The notes under the pieces: model-generated
What the model saw: the letters and a program-made list of their open reading frames with translations, nothing else
What the model was told of the DNA's origin: nothing
Databases searched by the model: none
Virus record (IMG/VR): IMGVR_UViG_3300031454_000230
Location: 1 to 51,013 of that record
Source of the DNA: a virus
Lineage: Duplodnaviria; Caudoviricetes
Direction: 5' to 3' (one strand)
DNA length: 51,013 nt
Shown here: positions 16,021-25,297 of the stretch, piece by piece
How positions within the stretch are numbered: the stretch's first letter is position 1
Layout: the number at the start of each line of letters is the position of its first letter
Translations under genes and position numbers: made by a program

Positions 16021-17498
16021 GCGAGGTCGCGCACCTGTCCGACTATCGACCGCAGCCGGGCGAAGATGTTTGGCGAGCAGAGGTCAATCTCGCGGCCGAG
16101 GCGGAGCAAGGCCTCCTCGGGGGGTTATTTCTCTACCCGGACAGCTTCCCGGCCGTCTCCGGCTTGATCAAGCCGGCCTACTTCGCGCATCCGGTGCACG
16201 GGCTCATCTTCGATGCCTTCGCGCATTGCCGACGTGCCGGGATTCGGGCCACGCTGGCTGAGATGCGCCAGGCGATCGGGGCGAAGGGCCTCGCGTCGGA
16301 TATGGGCGCCGGCGTCAACCTCGCCGAGTACATCGTCAATTTGAGCCAAGAGGGCGCGACCTCCCGTTCGACGGTGGATTATGCCCGCGCCGTCCGGGCT
16401 CATTGGGCGCTCCGGCAGCTTCATTCCTCGACGGTGATCGGCGACGCTGCCGGGCTTCCCGAAGACAAGGTCAAGAGCGCCTTCGACCGCATCGACGCGC
16501 TCAGGACCGAACTCGCCGAAGCCGGAGCCGAACGCTCACAGATCGGCGCGATCGCCGAGCGCGTCTTGCAGCGGTCGATCGCGATCTCGAACGGCGAGGT
16601 CGAAGAGCCCGGGCTTACCACCGGCATCCTTGACCTGGACCGAGCCATCCTCGGCTTCCGGCCCGGCGAGATGATCATCCTGGCCGGCCGCCCAGGTATG
16701 GGGAAGACAACCGTCGGAACCGCGCTGGCCCTCAACGCGAGCAACGTTCGGCTTGGCGCGAGGCGGGCCGGGGTCGCGCTCTTTGCGCTCGAGATGGGCG
16801 AGGAGGCGATCGGCGCGCGCTGCCTCTCCGATCTCGCTTATGACCGCTACGACGGTCCGACCCATTCCGCGATCCGCGCGGGACACCTCACGGCCGTTCA
16901 GATCGACCGGCTGCGCGAGGCCGAGTGCCTGCTCAACGAACGCGAGCTCGAGGTCGATCACAGATCCTCGATCACCGTCGGCGAGATCGAGGCGACCTGC
17001 CACGCGATCCAGCGCCGCCTCGAGCAGCGTGGCGTCCCGCTCGGGTTGATCATCGTCGACCAGCTGAAGCAGGTCCGTGCGACCGAGCGCTACCGCGGCC
17101 AGCGGGTGTATGAAATCGCCGAGATCACGGCCGGGTTGAAGGACATCGCGAAGCGGTTCGGCGCTTGCGTCGTCCTGCTGGCGCAGCTCAACCGCGGCGT
17201 CGAAAGCCGGGAGGACAAGCGCCCGACCCTCGCTGACCTGCGCGAATCCGGCGACCTCGAAAACGACGCCGACGTGGTGCTCCTGCTCTACCGCGAGGCG
17301 TACTACCTGCGCCGCGACATTCGATCGGCCGATCCGGAACAGGCGGTGTCTCTCGAGCACAAGCTGGAGCAGGTGCAGCACGAGCTCGAGATCATCGCCG
17401 CGAAGAACCGCAACGGCGAAGGCGAGCACACCGTCCACCTGTTCTGCGACATCGGCCGCTCGGCTGTCCGAGCTCTAGCGAAGGGCGCCGCGACATGA
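16017..17498 (+). CDS. dnaB: DnaB-like replicative helicase
   Basis: AEQGLLG, GRPGMGKT, IIVDQL, QLNR, LRESGDLENDAD, KNRNG. Confidence 0.95.
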   Translation: MSEVAHLSDYRPQPGEDVWRAEVNLAAEAEQGLLGGLFLYPDSFPAVSGLIKPAYFAHPVHGLIFDAFAHCRRAGIRATLAEMRQAIGAKGLASDMGAGVNLAEYIVNLSQEGATSRSTVDYARAVRAHWALRQLHSSTVIGDAAGLPEDKVKSAFDRIDALRTELAEAGAERSQIGAIAERVLQRSIAISNGEVEEPGLTTGILDLDRAILGFRPGEMIILAGRPGMGKTTVGTALALNASNVRLGARRAGVALFALEMGEEAIGARCLSDLAYDRYDGPTHSAIRAGHLTAVQIDRLREAECLLNERELEVDHRSSITVGEIEATCHAIQRRLEQRGVPLGLIIVDQLKQVRATERYRGQRVYEIAEITAGLKDIAKRFGACVVLLAQLNRGVESREDKRPTLADLRESGDLENDADVVLLLYREAYYLRRDIRSADPEQAVSLEHKLEQVQHELEIIAAKNRNGEGEHTVHLFCDIGRSAVRALAKGAAT

Positions 17499-18703
17499 GC
17501 GACGATCTCGATGTCCGCCGGTTGCCCTACATGCCGCTCCAGATCGAGCGGCTGAGGCGATCCAAGGCTTGGCTGCGCTGCAAGCGCAGGCCCGAGATGG
17601 CCTTCTTTCTCATGAATCTGTGGATGCGGGCCTGGCACGAGGTCCCCGCCGGCTCGATCGAAGCCGACGAGGACGTGCTGGCCGACGCCGCCATGTGTGA
17701 CCCGATTCGTTGGACGGAGATCCGCGACGAGGTCATGCGAGGATGGGAGCTACGCGACGGGCGCTACTATCACTCGACCGTCACGGAACTCGCCATCGAG
17801 GCAGCCGAACACCTGCGGGGGAAGAAGAAACGCACTGTGGCAGCCCGTGAAGCACTCGAAGCAAAGCGCCTGTCGGACGCCTCACCGGCATCGACAGAGA
17901 TTGTAACAGAGACTGTGACAGAGACTGTGACAGCCGTTGTTACAGGGGACGAAGGGAAGGGAAGGGAAGAGAAGGGAAAGGAAGAAAGAAAGGCCCCGGC
18001 CGCCGCGGGCGCGAGCATGCTGCCTGACGAGAGGCTTCGATGGCTCGTGGAGGGTCTCCCGGTGTTCGTCGCTCCAGACCAGCGCCCCGTTCTCGATCTA
18101 ACCGGCCCCACACCGGAGCGCTTGATGCAGGCCGGGGTCACGGTCGCGATGCAGCTCGGCACGCGCCGGGTCCAGATCATCGGCCCGCGCCGCGACCGCC
18201 CGGTCGGCGACGACGGCGTGGTCCGGCTTCAGGAGGCCCCGCTCGATCGCCTCCACACCCGGGGCCGGCTCGACGGCGACCCGGACACGGACCGCGCCCT
18301 GTACGAGGCCGGGAAGGCGCTCCGGCATCACCACTATCTCGGCGGCCTCGACGCCATCGCGGCGAACGACCTCAATCGCTCCGGCGGCGGCTCGCCGGCG
18401 AACATGCTCCCGATGACGGAGCGCCAGCAGTCGCATCGCGACGAGCTCCGCCGCGCGGCCGCGGCGCTCCATCCCGACGATTGGGCCACCACCTTCGACA
18501 TCGTCTGCCGCGAGATGACGCTCGAGGAAGCGGGACGCCGCGCCGGCTACGGCGAGAAGCACGCGGCCGGGGCTGTGGCGCTGGATCGACTGAGGCGCGG
18601 GCTCATACAGCTCGCGGCCCTGTGGGGCCACCTGCCGCCCGCGCTGGCCCGGCGCACATGGCGGTCGCGAACGACCGGGCGGTGGCGTAGACCCCCCGCT
18701 TGA
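17495..18703 (+). CDS. DUF1376-type replication initiator fused to a DUF6456-like putative late regulator
   Basis: N-term YMPLQIERLRRS..LWMRAWHEVPAGSI..DGRYYH; C-term LDRLHTRGRL..YEAG..DIVCREMTLEEAG..LRRGLIQLAALWG. Confidence 0.75.
   Translation: MSDDLDVRRLPYMPLQIERLRRSKAWLRCKRRPEMAFFLMNLWMRAWHEVPAGSIEADEDVLADAAMCDPIRWTEIRDEVMRGWELRDGRYYHSTVTELAIEAAEHLRGKKKRTVAAREALEAKRLSDASPASTEIVTETVTETVTAVVTGDEGKGREEKGKEERKAPAAAGASMLPDERLRWLVEGLPVFVAPDQRPVLDLTGPTPERLMQAGVTVAMQLGTRRVQIIGPRRDRPVGDDGVVRLQEAPLDRLHTRGRLDGDPDTDRALYEAGKALRHHHYLGGLDAIAANDLNRSGGGSPANMLPMTERQQSHRDELRRAAAALHPDDWATTFDIVCREMTLEEAGRRAGYGEKHAAGAVALDRLRRGLIQLAALWGHLPPALARRTWRSRTTGRWRRPPA
17894..17993 (+). repeat. Iteron-like 12-bp tandem repeats plus purine tract, probable replication origin
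   Basis: ACAGAGATTGTA ACAGAGACTGTG ACAGAGACTGTG ACAGCCGTTGTT ACAG, then GAAGGGAAGGGAAGGGAAGAGAAGGGAAAGG, inside the initiator gene as in lambda O. Confidence 0.75.
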
Positions 18704-18730
18704 CAGGTGCGCACCCGATCGAGCATAGAT
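18700..18730 (+). promoter_or_regulatory. Late promoter (pR'-like)
   Basis: TTGACA at 18700-18705 and GCATAGAT 17 bp later, right after the late-regulator-like gene. Confidence 0.65.
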
Positions 18731-18775
18731 CGAAACAGTCGAGAGGTCCGCGAAGCAGCGTCGACCCTCCTCCCC

Positions 18776-18808
18776 AAAAAGCCCGGCCCGCGCCGGGCTT
18801 CATCGTTT
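18776..18808. terminator. Hairpin terminator (tR'-like, possibly bidirectional)
   Basis: AAAAAGCCCGGC-CCGC-GCCGGGCTT. Confidence 0.65.
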
Positions 18809-18821
18809 CAGGGCCATCGAT

Positions 18822-19103
18822 GTGACGCTCGCCGAAGCCGCCGTCGAGGTGCGCGCGTTGCAGGCGCGCGTCCAATCGTACCGGTTCCGCGGCGCCCAGC
18901 GCTACGTCGAAGACATGGACGATCTCCGGACCGATCTCGGGCGATTGGCCCGCGAACTCGAAGCCGGGTGCGGCGAACAACAGGCCGAGTCTGTCGTGGG
19001 GGCCGACGGCTACCGGCTCCCGGCACACGTGGTCACCGGTCGCGGTCAGGTGATCGTGTGCCAGGTCCGAGCGCCCCGGCGTCTGGGGCGGACCGTTCCG
19101 TGA
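18822..19103 (+). CDS. Hypothetical protein
   Basis: 93 aa ORF after the late promoter. Confidence 0.55.
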   Translation: MTLAEAAVEVRALQARVQSYRFRGAQRYVEDMDDLRTDLGRLARELEAGCGEQQAESVVGADGYRLPAHVVTGRGQVIVCQVRAPRRLGRTVP

Positions 19104-19279
19104 CCGAGGGCTACTACCTCCGCTGCCGCTAGACCGGCGCGATCCTCGCCGGACCCTTCGCTCAGCTCATCCAGGCCTTCGCCGACTACGTGCGCGGCGT
19201 GAACGAGGTCGTGCACCGGCGCGCCTCGGGCGAGGTCAACATCGTTCACGGCGGCTGCCCGCACCGGCAGTCGCACTAA
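19100..19279 (+). pseudogene. Small ORF interrupted by an in-frame TAG
   Basis: GTGA-coupled VTEGYYLRCR*TGAILAGPFAQLIQAFADYVRGVNEVV...H*; GC3-rich codons continue past the TAG at 19130-19132. Confidence 0.45.
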
Positions 19280-19442
19280 GTTCTGCGGTCGACGCCGTAG
19301 CCCATCGCGCGGATTTCGCGCCGGCGTCGGGCAACGCTGAGGGCCAGCGCCGCAGTCACCCTTTCGGTCGAGAGCCCGAGGCCGATTCGCTTCGCGACCC
19401 TCATCATCAGACCGGGCCATCGAGGCCTCGGCCGGAGCCCAT

Positions 19443-19478
19443 GATCACCTCCCATAAGGAGGATTAACGGAAGTCATC
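19443..19478. other. lox/dif-like recombination site candidate
   Basis: GATCACCTCCCATAA-GGAGGA-TTAACGGAAGTCATC: imperfect inverted arms (11/15) around a 6-bp spacer, just upstream of the recombinase. Confidence 0.65.
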
Positions 19479-19496
19479 GCAGAGGGACGGACCGGC

Positions 19497-20414
19497 ATGA
19501 CGGAGGCCGATTTCGCCTCCGCCGAACGCTACGCCGAGGCCGCCGTGGCGGCCGCCACGCGGGCCGCCTACGGAAGCGCGCTCCGGGCCTTCGCGGCATG
19601 GGGCGTCGAACGCGCGCTTGCCACGCTGCCGGCCGATCCCGAGACGGTCGCCGACTACCTTGCCGGCTTGGCCGACCGAGGCTGCAAAGCGGCCACGATC
19701 GATCTCCACGCGGCCGCTATCGCGTCGGCTCACCGGGCCGCCGGGCTCGCGCCGCCGACCGGCGCCGAGTCGGTCCGGGCGACGGTGCGCGGCATCCGCC
19801 GCTCGATCGGCACCCGGGCAACCCGGAAAGCCCCGGCCACGGCCGAGGCGCTCCGAAAGATGATCCGGCGCATCCCGGACACGCTGACGGGCAAGCGCGA
19901 CCGGGCGCTGCTTCTCATCGGCTTCGCGGCCGCGCTGCGCCGCTCCGAACTCGTCGCTCTCACAGTCGCCGACATCGAACGCGCTCCGGAGGGCATCTTC
20001 GTCCACCTCCGACGCTCCAAAACGGACCAGGATGGCGCCGGCCACGCCGTTCCAGTCCCGCGCGGCTCCAAGCTCCGGCCCGTCGAGGCGCTCGAGCACT
20101 GGCTCCAGGCTTCCGGGATTTCCGAAGGCCCGCTCTTTCGGCCCATCGGGAAGGGCGGGCGCATCGGGGCCGAACCGCTGACCGGCCGTTCGGTCGCCGC
20201 CATCGTGAAGGTGCGGGCCGCAGCGGCCGGCCTCGATGCGACGCTCTTCTCCGGCCACTCGCTGCGGGCTGGCTTCGTCACGTCCGCGCTCGCGACGGGG
20301 GCCGACCTCCTCAAGATCATGGCAACGACGAGGCATACGCAAGTCGACACCCTGAAGGGGTACGACCGCCGGGCTCAGAGCTTCGTCGCCCATGCCGGCA
20401 AGGGCTTCCTGTGA
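19497..20414 (+). CDS. Cre-like tyrosine recombinase/resolvase
   Basis: RDRALLLIGFAAALRRSEL, RSKTDQ, FSGHSLRAGFVT, TRH..YDR. Confidence 0.93.
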   Translation: MTEADFASAERYAEAAVAAATRAAYGSALRAFAAWGVERALATLPADPETVADYLAGLADRGCKAATIDLHAAAIASAHRAAGLAPPTGAESVRATVRGIRRSIGTRATRKAPATAEALRKMIRRIPDTLTGKRDRALLLIGFAAALRRSELVALTVADIERAPEGIFVHLRRSKTDQDGAGHAVPVPRGSKLRPVEALEHWLQASGISEGPLFRPIGKGGRIGAEPLTGRSVAAIVKVRAAAAGLDATLFSGHSLRAGFVTSALATGADLLKIMATTRHTQVDTLKGYDRRAQSFVAHAGKGFL

Positions 20415-20618
20415 GGCCTCCGCTACCGGTCGCCACCCTCGCGTGCCGCCTCCGACGCTATGTCGACGAGCGCGGCCGGATCACCGCGGGCCAGTGGATC
20501 CTCGATCCTCACCGCGCCCGTCGTCATGCCGCACGACGACGGCGTCTTCCGGTCGACCACCTTCAACGTGCGGGACGGTCGGCTTCTCGTCCATCAAGAG
20601 CGAGCGCTGGTCCGATGA
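20411..20618 (+). pseudogene. Small gene frameshifted by a 7-bp tandem duplication
   Basis: GATCCTC x2 at 20497-20510; removing one copy gives a clean ORF ending in an ATGA overlap. Confidence 0.5.
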
Positions 20619-20697
20619 TCCGCCAAGCCCTTCGACGCGAGGCCGAAACGGCGGCCGCGCTGCTGATCCTTCGCTACGGCGTGAGGCCCTTCCTGTG

Positions 20698-20901
20698 ATG
20701 CTCCGCCTCGCCATCCTCGCCGCCGCCCTGACGGCCATCCTGGTCGTGGCGGACACGGTCGCCCAGATCGCAACCGCGCCGAGGCTCGGCTTGGTCGTGA
20801 CCTACTGCGCCACCACGAAAGGCCCCTGCATCCCCTGCCGCGACGCCGACGCCATCGCGGCCCGGGACTGGGCGATCAGCTGCCCGACCCCAAGGGTCTA
20901 G
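20698..20901 (+). CDS. Small secreted or membrane Cys-containing protein
   Basis: MLRLAILAAALTAILVVA... with four Cys; TGATG-coupled. Confidence 0.55.
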   Translation: MLRLAILAAALTAILVVADTVAQIATAPRLGLVVTYCATTKGPCIPCRDADAIAARDWAISCPTPRV

Positions 20902-20986
20902 GGACCGTATCCGAGCCCTCAACCCCACGGGTGTAGAGCCCCCCGGGTTCTCGCTCTCTGCAAACCAATTTTCAGGGTGAACGGGC

Positions 20987-21553
20987 GTGGTGAACGGTGA
21001 ACGCCTCACCCTGAGCGAACTGGCTCGGCGGCTCGGCCGAGCCAAATCCGGGCTGCATAAGCTGGCCGCGGCGGGCCAGATCCCGAAAGGTCTCGATGGC
21101 CTCTATGACGTGGCCGAGGTCGAGGCAGCGCTCGCCGCGAACATCGACCCGGCCAAGCGTCCGAAGCTCAGGCTGGCCCCGACCCCGCCGCCGGAGCCGC
21201 CACCTCCGATCCACTCCCCCGACGAGGCCCGCGACGCCGTCACCCTGATCGCCGGCGTGCTGCGCGAGGAGGGGCATGGCGCCGTCGAGGTCGTCGACTT
21301 CAACGCCGCCCGCACAGCCGAAACCATCCTGAAGGCCCGCCTGCGCCTCATCCAGGTCGAGGAAGCAGCGGGCCGTCTTATCCCAGCCGCCGCCGCCGAA
21401 CGGGCCTGGGCCGGCGCCATGGTGCAGATGCGGGCGCGCCTCCTCGCCGTCCCGACCGACGTCGCGCAGCTCCTGCCGCACCTGACGAAGCACGACCTCG
21501 CCATGATCGACCGCGCGTTGCGGGATGCCATGACGGACGCGAGCTCCGGGTGA
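20987..21553 (+). CDS. Terminase small subunit (Nu1-like)
   Basis: N-terminal wHTH LSELARRLG..YDVAEV; coiled coil then GRLIP..RARLLAVP; precedes GpA. Confidence 0.88.
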   Translation: MVNGERLTLSELARRLGRAKSGLHKLAAAGQIPKGLDGLYDVAEVEAALAANIDPAKRPKLRLAPTPPPEPPPPIHSPDEARDAVTLIAGVLREEGHGAVEVVDFNAARTAETILKARLRLIQVEEAAGRLIPAAAAERAWAGAMVQMRARLLAVPTDVAQLLPHLTKHDLAMIDRALRDAMTDASSG

Positions 21554-23406
21554 GCGTCGCCCTCGCGCAAGCCGTCTCCGCCGCCAGAGCTCGCCTCCGG
21601 CCGCCGCCGCGAACCGCGCTGTCAACCTGGATCGAGGAGAACGTTCACCTCCCGGACGGCCTTGCGGCGCGTCCGGGTCCGGTCCGCCTCTGGCCGTTTC
21701 AGCGCGGGATCGCAGACGCGATCTCGGATCCGATGATCGAGCGCGTGACCGTCCTGAAGAGCGTCCGCGTCGGCTACACGATGCTGCTCACGGGCACGAT
21801 CGCGTCCTTCGTCGCGAACGAGCCCGCCCCGATCCTGGTCGTACAGCCGACGGACGACGATTGCCGCGACTATGTCGTGTCCGACATGGAGCCGGTGTTC
21901 GAGGCGTCCCCGGCCGTCGCCGGCGCCCTCTCGGCCGACGTCGACGAGACCGGCCGCAACACCATCCGGCATCGCCGCTTCCCCGGCGGGTCGCTCAAGA
22001 TCGTGGCGGCCCGCTCGCCCCGGAACCTGCGCCGCCACACCGCCCGCATCCTTCTCATCGACGAGGAAGACGCGATCGAGGTGACGCAGGAAGGCGACGC
22101 GATCGACCTCGCGATCAAGCGCACCCTGTCGTTCCCGAACCGCAAGATCGTCCGCGGGTCGACTCCGACCGACCTCGACACCTCGACGATCTGCCGGGAA
22201 TACGACGCCTCCGACCGGCGCGTCTTCGAGATCCGCTGCGTCGAATGCGACGCGGCTCACGAGCCGCTCTGGGACCAGATCCGCTGGGACCCGGGCCGGC
22301 CCGACACTGCCTCATGGCTCTGCCCGAGCTGCGGGACCTTCGTGCCGGAGCGCCACAAGGTCGCCATGGTGGCGGCCGGCGCCTGGCGGGCGACGCGACC
22401 CGAGATCGCGGACCATTCCGGCTTCCGGCTCTCCGCTCTCATCTCACCGCACGCGAACGCATCCTGGTCCAAGCTCGCGGCGGAATACCTTCAGGTCCAC
22501 GACGACCCGGAGCGGCTGCGGACCTTCCACAACACCCTCCTCGGCCGCGGGTGGGCCGAGAGTGTCGAAGTTGCGAGCCCCGAGGTTCTCTATGAGCGGC
22601 GCGAGCCGTTCGGCCTCAATGTCCAGAACGAGGACGGGACCGAGCTACCTTTTCCGGCAAGCGTGCTCCTCCTGTCGGCGGGGGTCGACGTCCAGGACGA
22701 CCGGCTCGAATGCGCCTTCCTCGGACACGAGGAGTTCGGACCGCCGGCGGTTCTCGGCCATGCCATCGTGCATGGCCGGTCTGATGACCCTGCGACGTGG
22801 CGCGAGCTCGACGAGATCCTGCTCACGCGCTGGCGCCACCCGCTCGGCGGCACGATCGGCATCTCGGCGGCCGCGATCGACGCGGGTGACGGCGGCTCCG
22901 CCGAAGACGTCTACGAATTCGCCTGGGCGCGCTCCTCCCGCGGCATCATGGCCGTCAAGGGCATGGCCGGCTTCCGGCCTGCGATCGAGCCGTCCAAGGG
23001 CAAGGTGTCCAAGGGCACCCTATCCGGTAAGGGCCGGCTCTGGATCGTCGGGTCCGACACCGTCAAGGCAGCGCTCCTCACCCGCCTCGCCAAAGCGACG
23101 ACGGGTTCCGGGGCCGACGCGAACGCGATCCGGTTCTCGGCCTCGCTGCCCCGCGTGTGGTTCGAGCAGCTCTGCGCCGAGCGGAGGGTTGTGCGCCGGA
23201 TCGGCGGGCGCCCGCAGCGGCGCTTCGAGCGCATCGGTCACCAAGCCGCGGAAGCGCTCGACTGCGTCGTCTACGCGCTCGCGGCCCGGGCCTCGCTGCC
23301 GGTCGTCAACTTCGAGGCGCGTCGAGCGGCGGTGTCGGGCGAACCGGCCGTCAAGACGCGGCCGTCCTTCGCGGACCTCGGGGCCCGCCTCAACCGGAAA
23401 GAGTGA
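21550..23406 (+). CDS. Terminase large subunit, lambda GpA family
   Basis: KSVRVGYT, LLIDEED, GSTP, Cys pairs, GVDVQDDRLE, EALDCVVYA. Confidence 0.96.
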   Translation: MSVALAQAVSAARARLRPPPRTALSTWIEENVHLPDGLAARPGPVRLWPFQRGIADAISDPMIERVTVLKSVRVGYTMLLTGTIASFVANEPAPILVVQPTDDDCRDYVVSDMEPVFEASPAVAGALSADVDETGRNTIRHRRFPGGSLKIVAARSPRNLRRHTARILLIDEEDAIEVTQEGDAIDLAIKRTLSFPNRKIVRGSTPTDLDTSTICREYDASDRRVFEIRCVECDAAHEPLWDQIRWDPGRPDTASWLCPSCGTFVPERHKVAMVAAGAWRATRPEIADHSGFRLSALISPHANASWSKLAAEYLQVHDDPERLRTFHNTLLGRGWAESVEVASPEVLYERREPFGLNVQNEDGTELPFPASVLLLSAGVDVQDDRLECAFLGHEEFGPPAVLGHAIVHGRSDDPATWRELDEILLTRWRHPLGGTIGISAAAIDAGDGGSAEDVYEFAWARSSRGIMAVKGMAGFRPAIEPSKGKVSKGTLSGKGRLWIVGSDTVKAALLTRLAKATTGSGADANAIRFSASLPRVWFEQLCAERRVVRRIGGRPQRRFERIGHQAAEALDCVVYALAARASLPVVNFEARRAAVSGEPAVKTRPSFADLGARLNRKE

Positions 23407-23411
23407 GGCGC

Positions 23412-25013
23412 ATGGGCATAGCCGGGAGGATCGTCGCGAGCGTCTCCCGTGCGATCGGTGGCGAGGTCAGTCGGCCGACGCCGAAGAGCCTGTTCATGAA
23501 AGGGGAGGGCAATGCCTTCTTCCGCGGTTGGAACCCGGTCCTACGGGACGCGCGCGACGACGTGCGCATCGCCTGGGCTCCGGCGACGGCTCGCGCCGTC
23601 GATGCGATCCATAACTCGGGCTGGCTCGCCGGAGCGATCGACCAAGCCGTCGCTTCGACGGTCGGGCCTGGCCTGAAATTGAACTCGAAGCCGGACGCCG
23701 CGGCGCTCGGCTGGACACCGGAAGAAGCCCAGAGCTGGGCGCGCAGCGTCGAGCGGCGATGGGAGGCGTGGTCGACCTCCCCCGTCGAGTGCGATGTGAC
23801 CGGTCGGATGAGCGTCGGGCAGATCACGGCCGCGGCGCTGAAGACGTGGTTCGCGACGGGCGAGATCGTGGCGACGCTGCCATGGATCGAGCGGCCGATC
23901 GCAGTCACGCGCACCAAGATCGGCCTCGTCCAGCCCCATCGCCTCGCGCAGACGACGCGTGGGCCGGACCTTTATCAGGGCGTCTACCTCGACCGGAACG
24001 GGATGCCGGTCGGCTATCGCTTCCGGGAATGGGCGACCACGACAGTTGCCGGCCTCTACCCGTATCGCAACAACGCCTACGAGATCGACACGCCGGCACG
24101 GGATCGGACCGGGCGGCCGCTCGTCATCCATGTCTTCGACGGCGCCCCCGGACAGGTGCGCGGGATCACGCCACTGACGCCCGCCCTCAAGGTCATGCGC
24201 CAGTACGACCAGCTCGCGGACGCCACGCTGACGGCGGCGATGATCCAGGCGATCTTCGCCGCCACGGTCGAATCCGCCGCGCCGACGGAGCAGATCCTGC
24301 AGGCGCTGCGCGACGACGGCGAGCAGGCCGTGGCGCGCGACCCGTCGCTCCTCGACTTCCTCAGCGCGCGCTCGGCCTTCTACGACGGGGCGAAGATCGA
24401 CATCGGCAATGCCGGCAAGATCACGCACCTGTTCCCGAACGAGACCCTGAAGTTCAACCGCTCGGAGCATCCGAACAGTACCTACGAGGCCTTCGCGAAG
24501 TTCCTGCTGCGCGAGGTGGCGCGCTGCCTCGGCTTCACCTTTGAGGATTTCACGGGAGACTATTCGGCGGCCTCCTACGCGTCGATCAACTCGGCGACGT
24601 CGATTGTCTGGCGGGTCGTCGAGTATCGCCGCTCGCACATCCTCGTGCCCTTCATCGCGCCGATCTTCGCAGCCTGGCTCGAGGAAGAGATCGACGCCGG
24701 CCGAATCCCGTTTCCGGACGGGCTGGGCGGCTTCCTCGCCCATCGCGCCGCGGCATGCCGGGCCGAGTGGCGCGGGCCTGGCAAGCCCCAGGCCGACCTC
24801 CTGAAGACCGCGAAAGCGCTCGAGACGCTCCTCGGTTCCGGCGTCGTCAGCCGCTCTGCTGTCTGCGCCGAGCTCGGCACGGATTACGACGACGTCGCCG
24901 AGGAGCTTGCCTCCGAACGGGACAAACGGGCGTCGCTCGACCTGCCCGAACCGGTCGTTGCCCCGGGCAAGATCGAAGCCGAGACCCTCGACGACACAAA
25001 GGATGCGGCATGA
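23412..25013 (+). CDS. Portal protein, lambda family
   Basis: ARAVDAIHNSGWLAGAID, VIHVFD..PGQVRGITP, TGDYSAASYAS. Confidence 0.95.
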   Translation: MGIAGRIVASVSRAIGGEVSRPTPKSLFMKGEGNAFFRGWNPVLRDARDDVRIAWAPATARAVDAIHNSGWLAGAIDQAVASTVGPGLKLNSKPDAAALGWTPEEAQSWARSVERRWEAWSTSPVECDVTGRMSVGQITAAALKTWFATGEIVATLPWIERPIAVTRTKIGLVQPHRLAQTTRGPDLYQGVYLDRNGMPVGYRFREWATTTVAGLYPYRNNAYEIDTPARDRTGRPLVIHVFDGAPGQVRGITPLTPALKVMRQYDQLADATLTAAMIQAIFAATVESAAPTEQILQALRDDGEQAVARDPSLLDFLSARSAFYDGAKIDIGNAGKITHLFPNETLKFNRSEHPNSTYEAFAKFLLREVARCLGFTFEDFTGDYSAASYASINSATSIVWRVVEYRRSHILVPFIAPIFAAWLEEEIDAGRIPFPDGLGGFLAHRAAACRAEWRGPGKPQADLLKTAKALETLLGSGVVSRSAVCAELGTDYDDVAEELASERDKRASLDLPEPVVAPGKIEAETLDDTKDAA

Positions 25014-25297
25014 CGGCGACCGTCGACTTCGCCGATCCGTGCGCCCGCGCAGCGTACCTGACGGCCGCCTATTACCGCATCCTCGGCGGCGGACAGGCCG
25101 AGCGCATCCGGACCAAATCGGGCGACAGCGAGGACGACGTCTCGTTCTCGAAGTCGAACCTCACGGTGCTGCGCGACGAGATGAACGCGGCTCAGGCCGA
25201 GTGCGCCGCGAAGACCGGCAACCTCGCCGCCCCTCACCGCCGCTTCGCCCTCACGGTCGGGACGCAGCGCCGCCGCGTCGGGTGGCTTTACCTATGA
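25010..25297 (+). CDS. Head-tail joining protein (gpW-like)
   Basis: AAYYRILGG...VSFSKSNLTVLRDEM pattern; ATGA-coupled. Confidence 0.7.
   Translation: MTATVDFADPCARAAYLTAAYYRILGGGQAERIRTKSGDSEDDVSFSKSNLTVLRDEMNAAQAECAAKTGNLAAPHRRFALTVGTQRRRVGWLYL

Noticed and set aside
17894-17945. Tandem repeats as a CRISPR array
   Set aside because: 12-bp contiguous units without spacers, inside a coding gene, and no cas genes; better explained as iterons
19130-19132. Genome-wide amber stop-codon reassignment
   Set aside because: TAG terminates bona fide genes here (integrase, cI, endolysin) and core genes are not fragmented
19283-19355. tRNA gene
   Set aside because: Right size, but no TTC T-loop consensus, no four-arm cloverleaf and no anticodon arm
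20902-20986. cos site
   Set aside because: Expected here from the GpA-type terminase, but no exact cohesive-end sequence can be supported by eye
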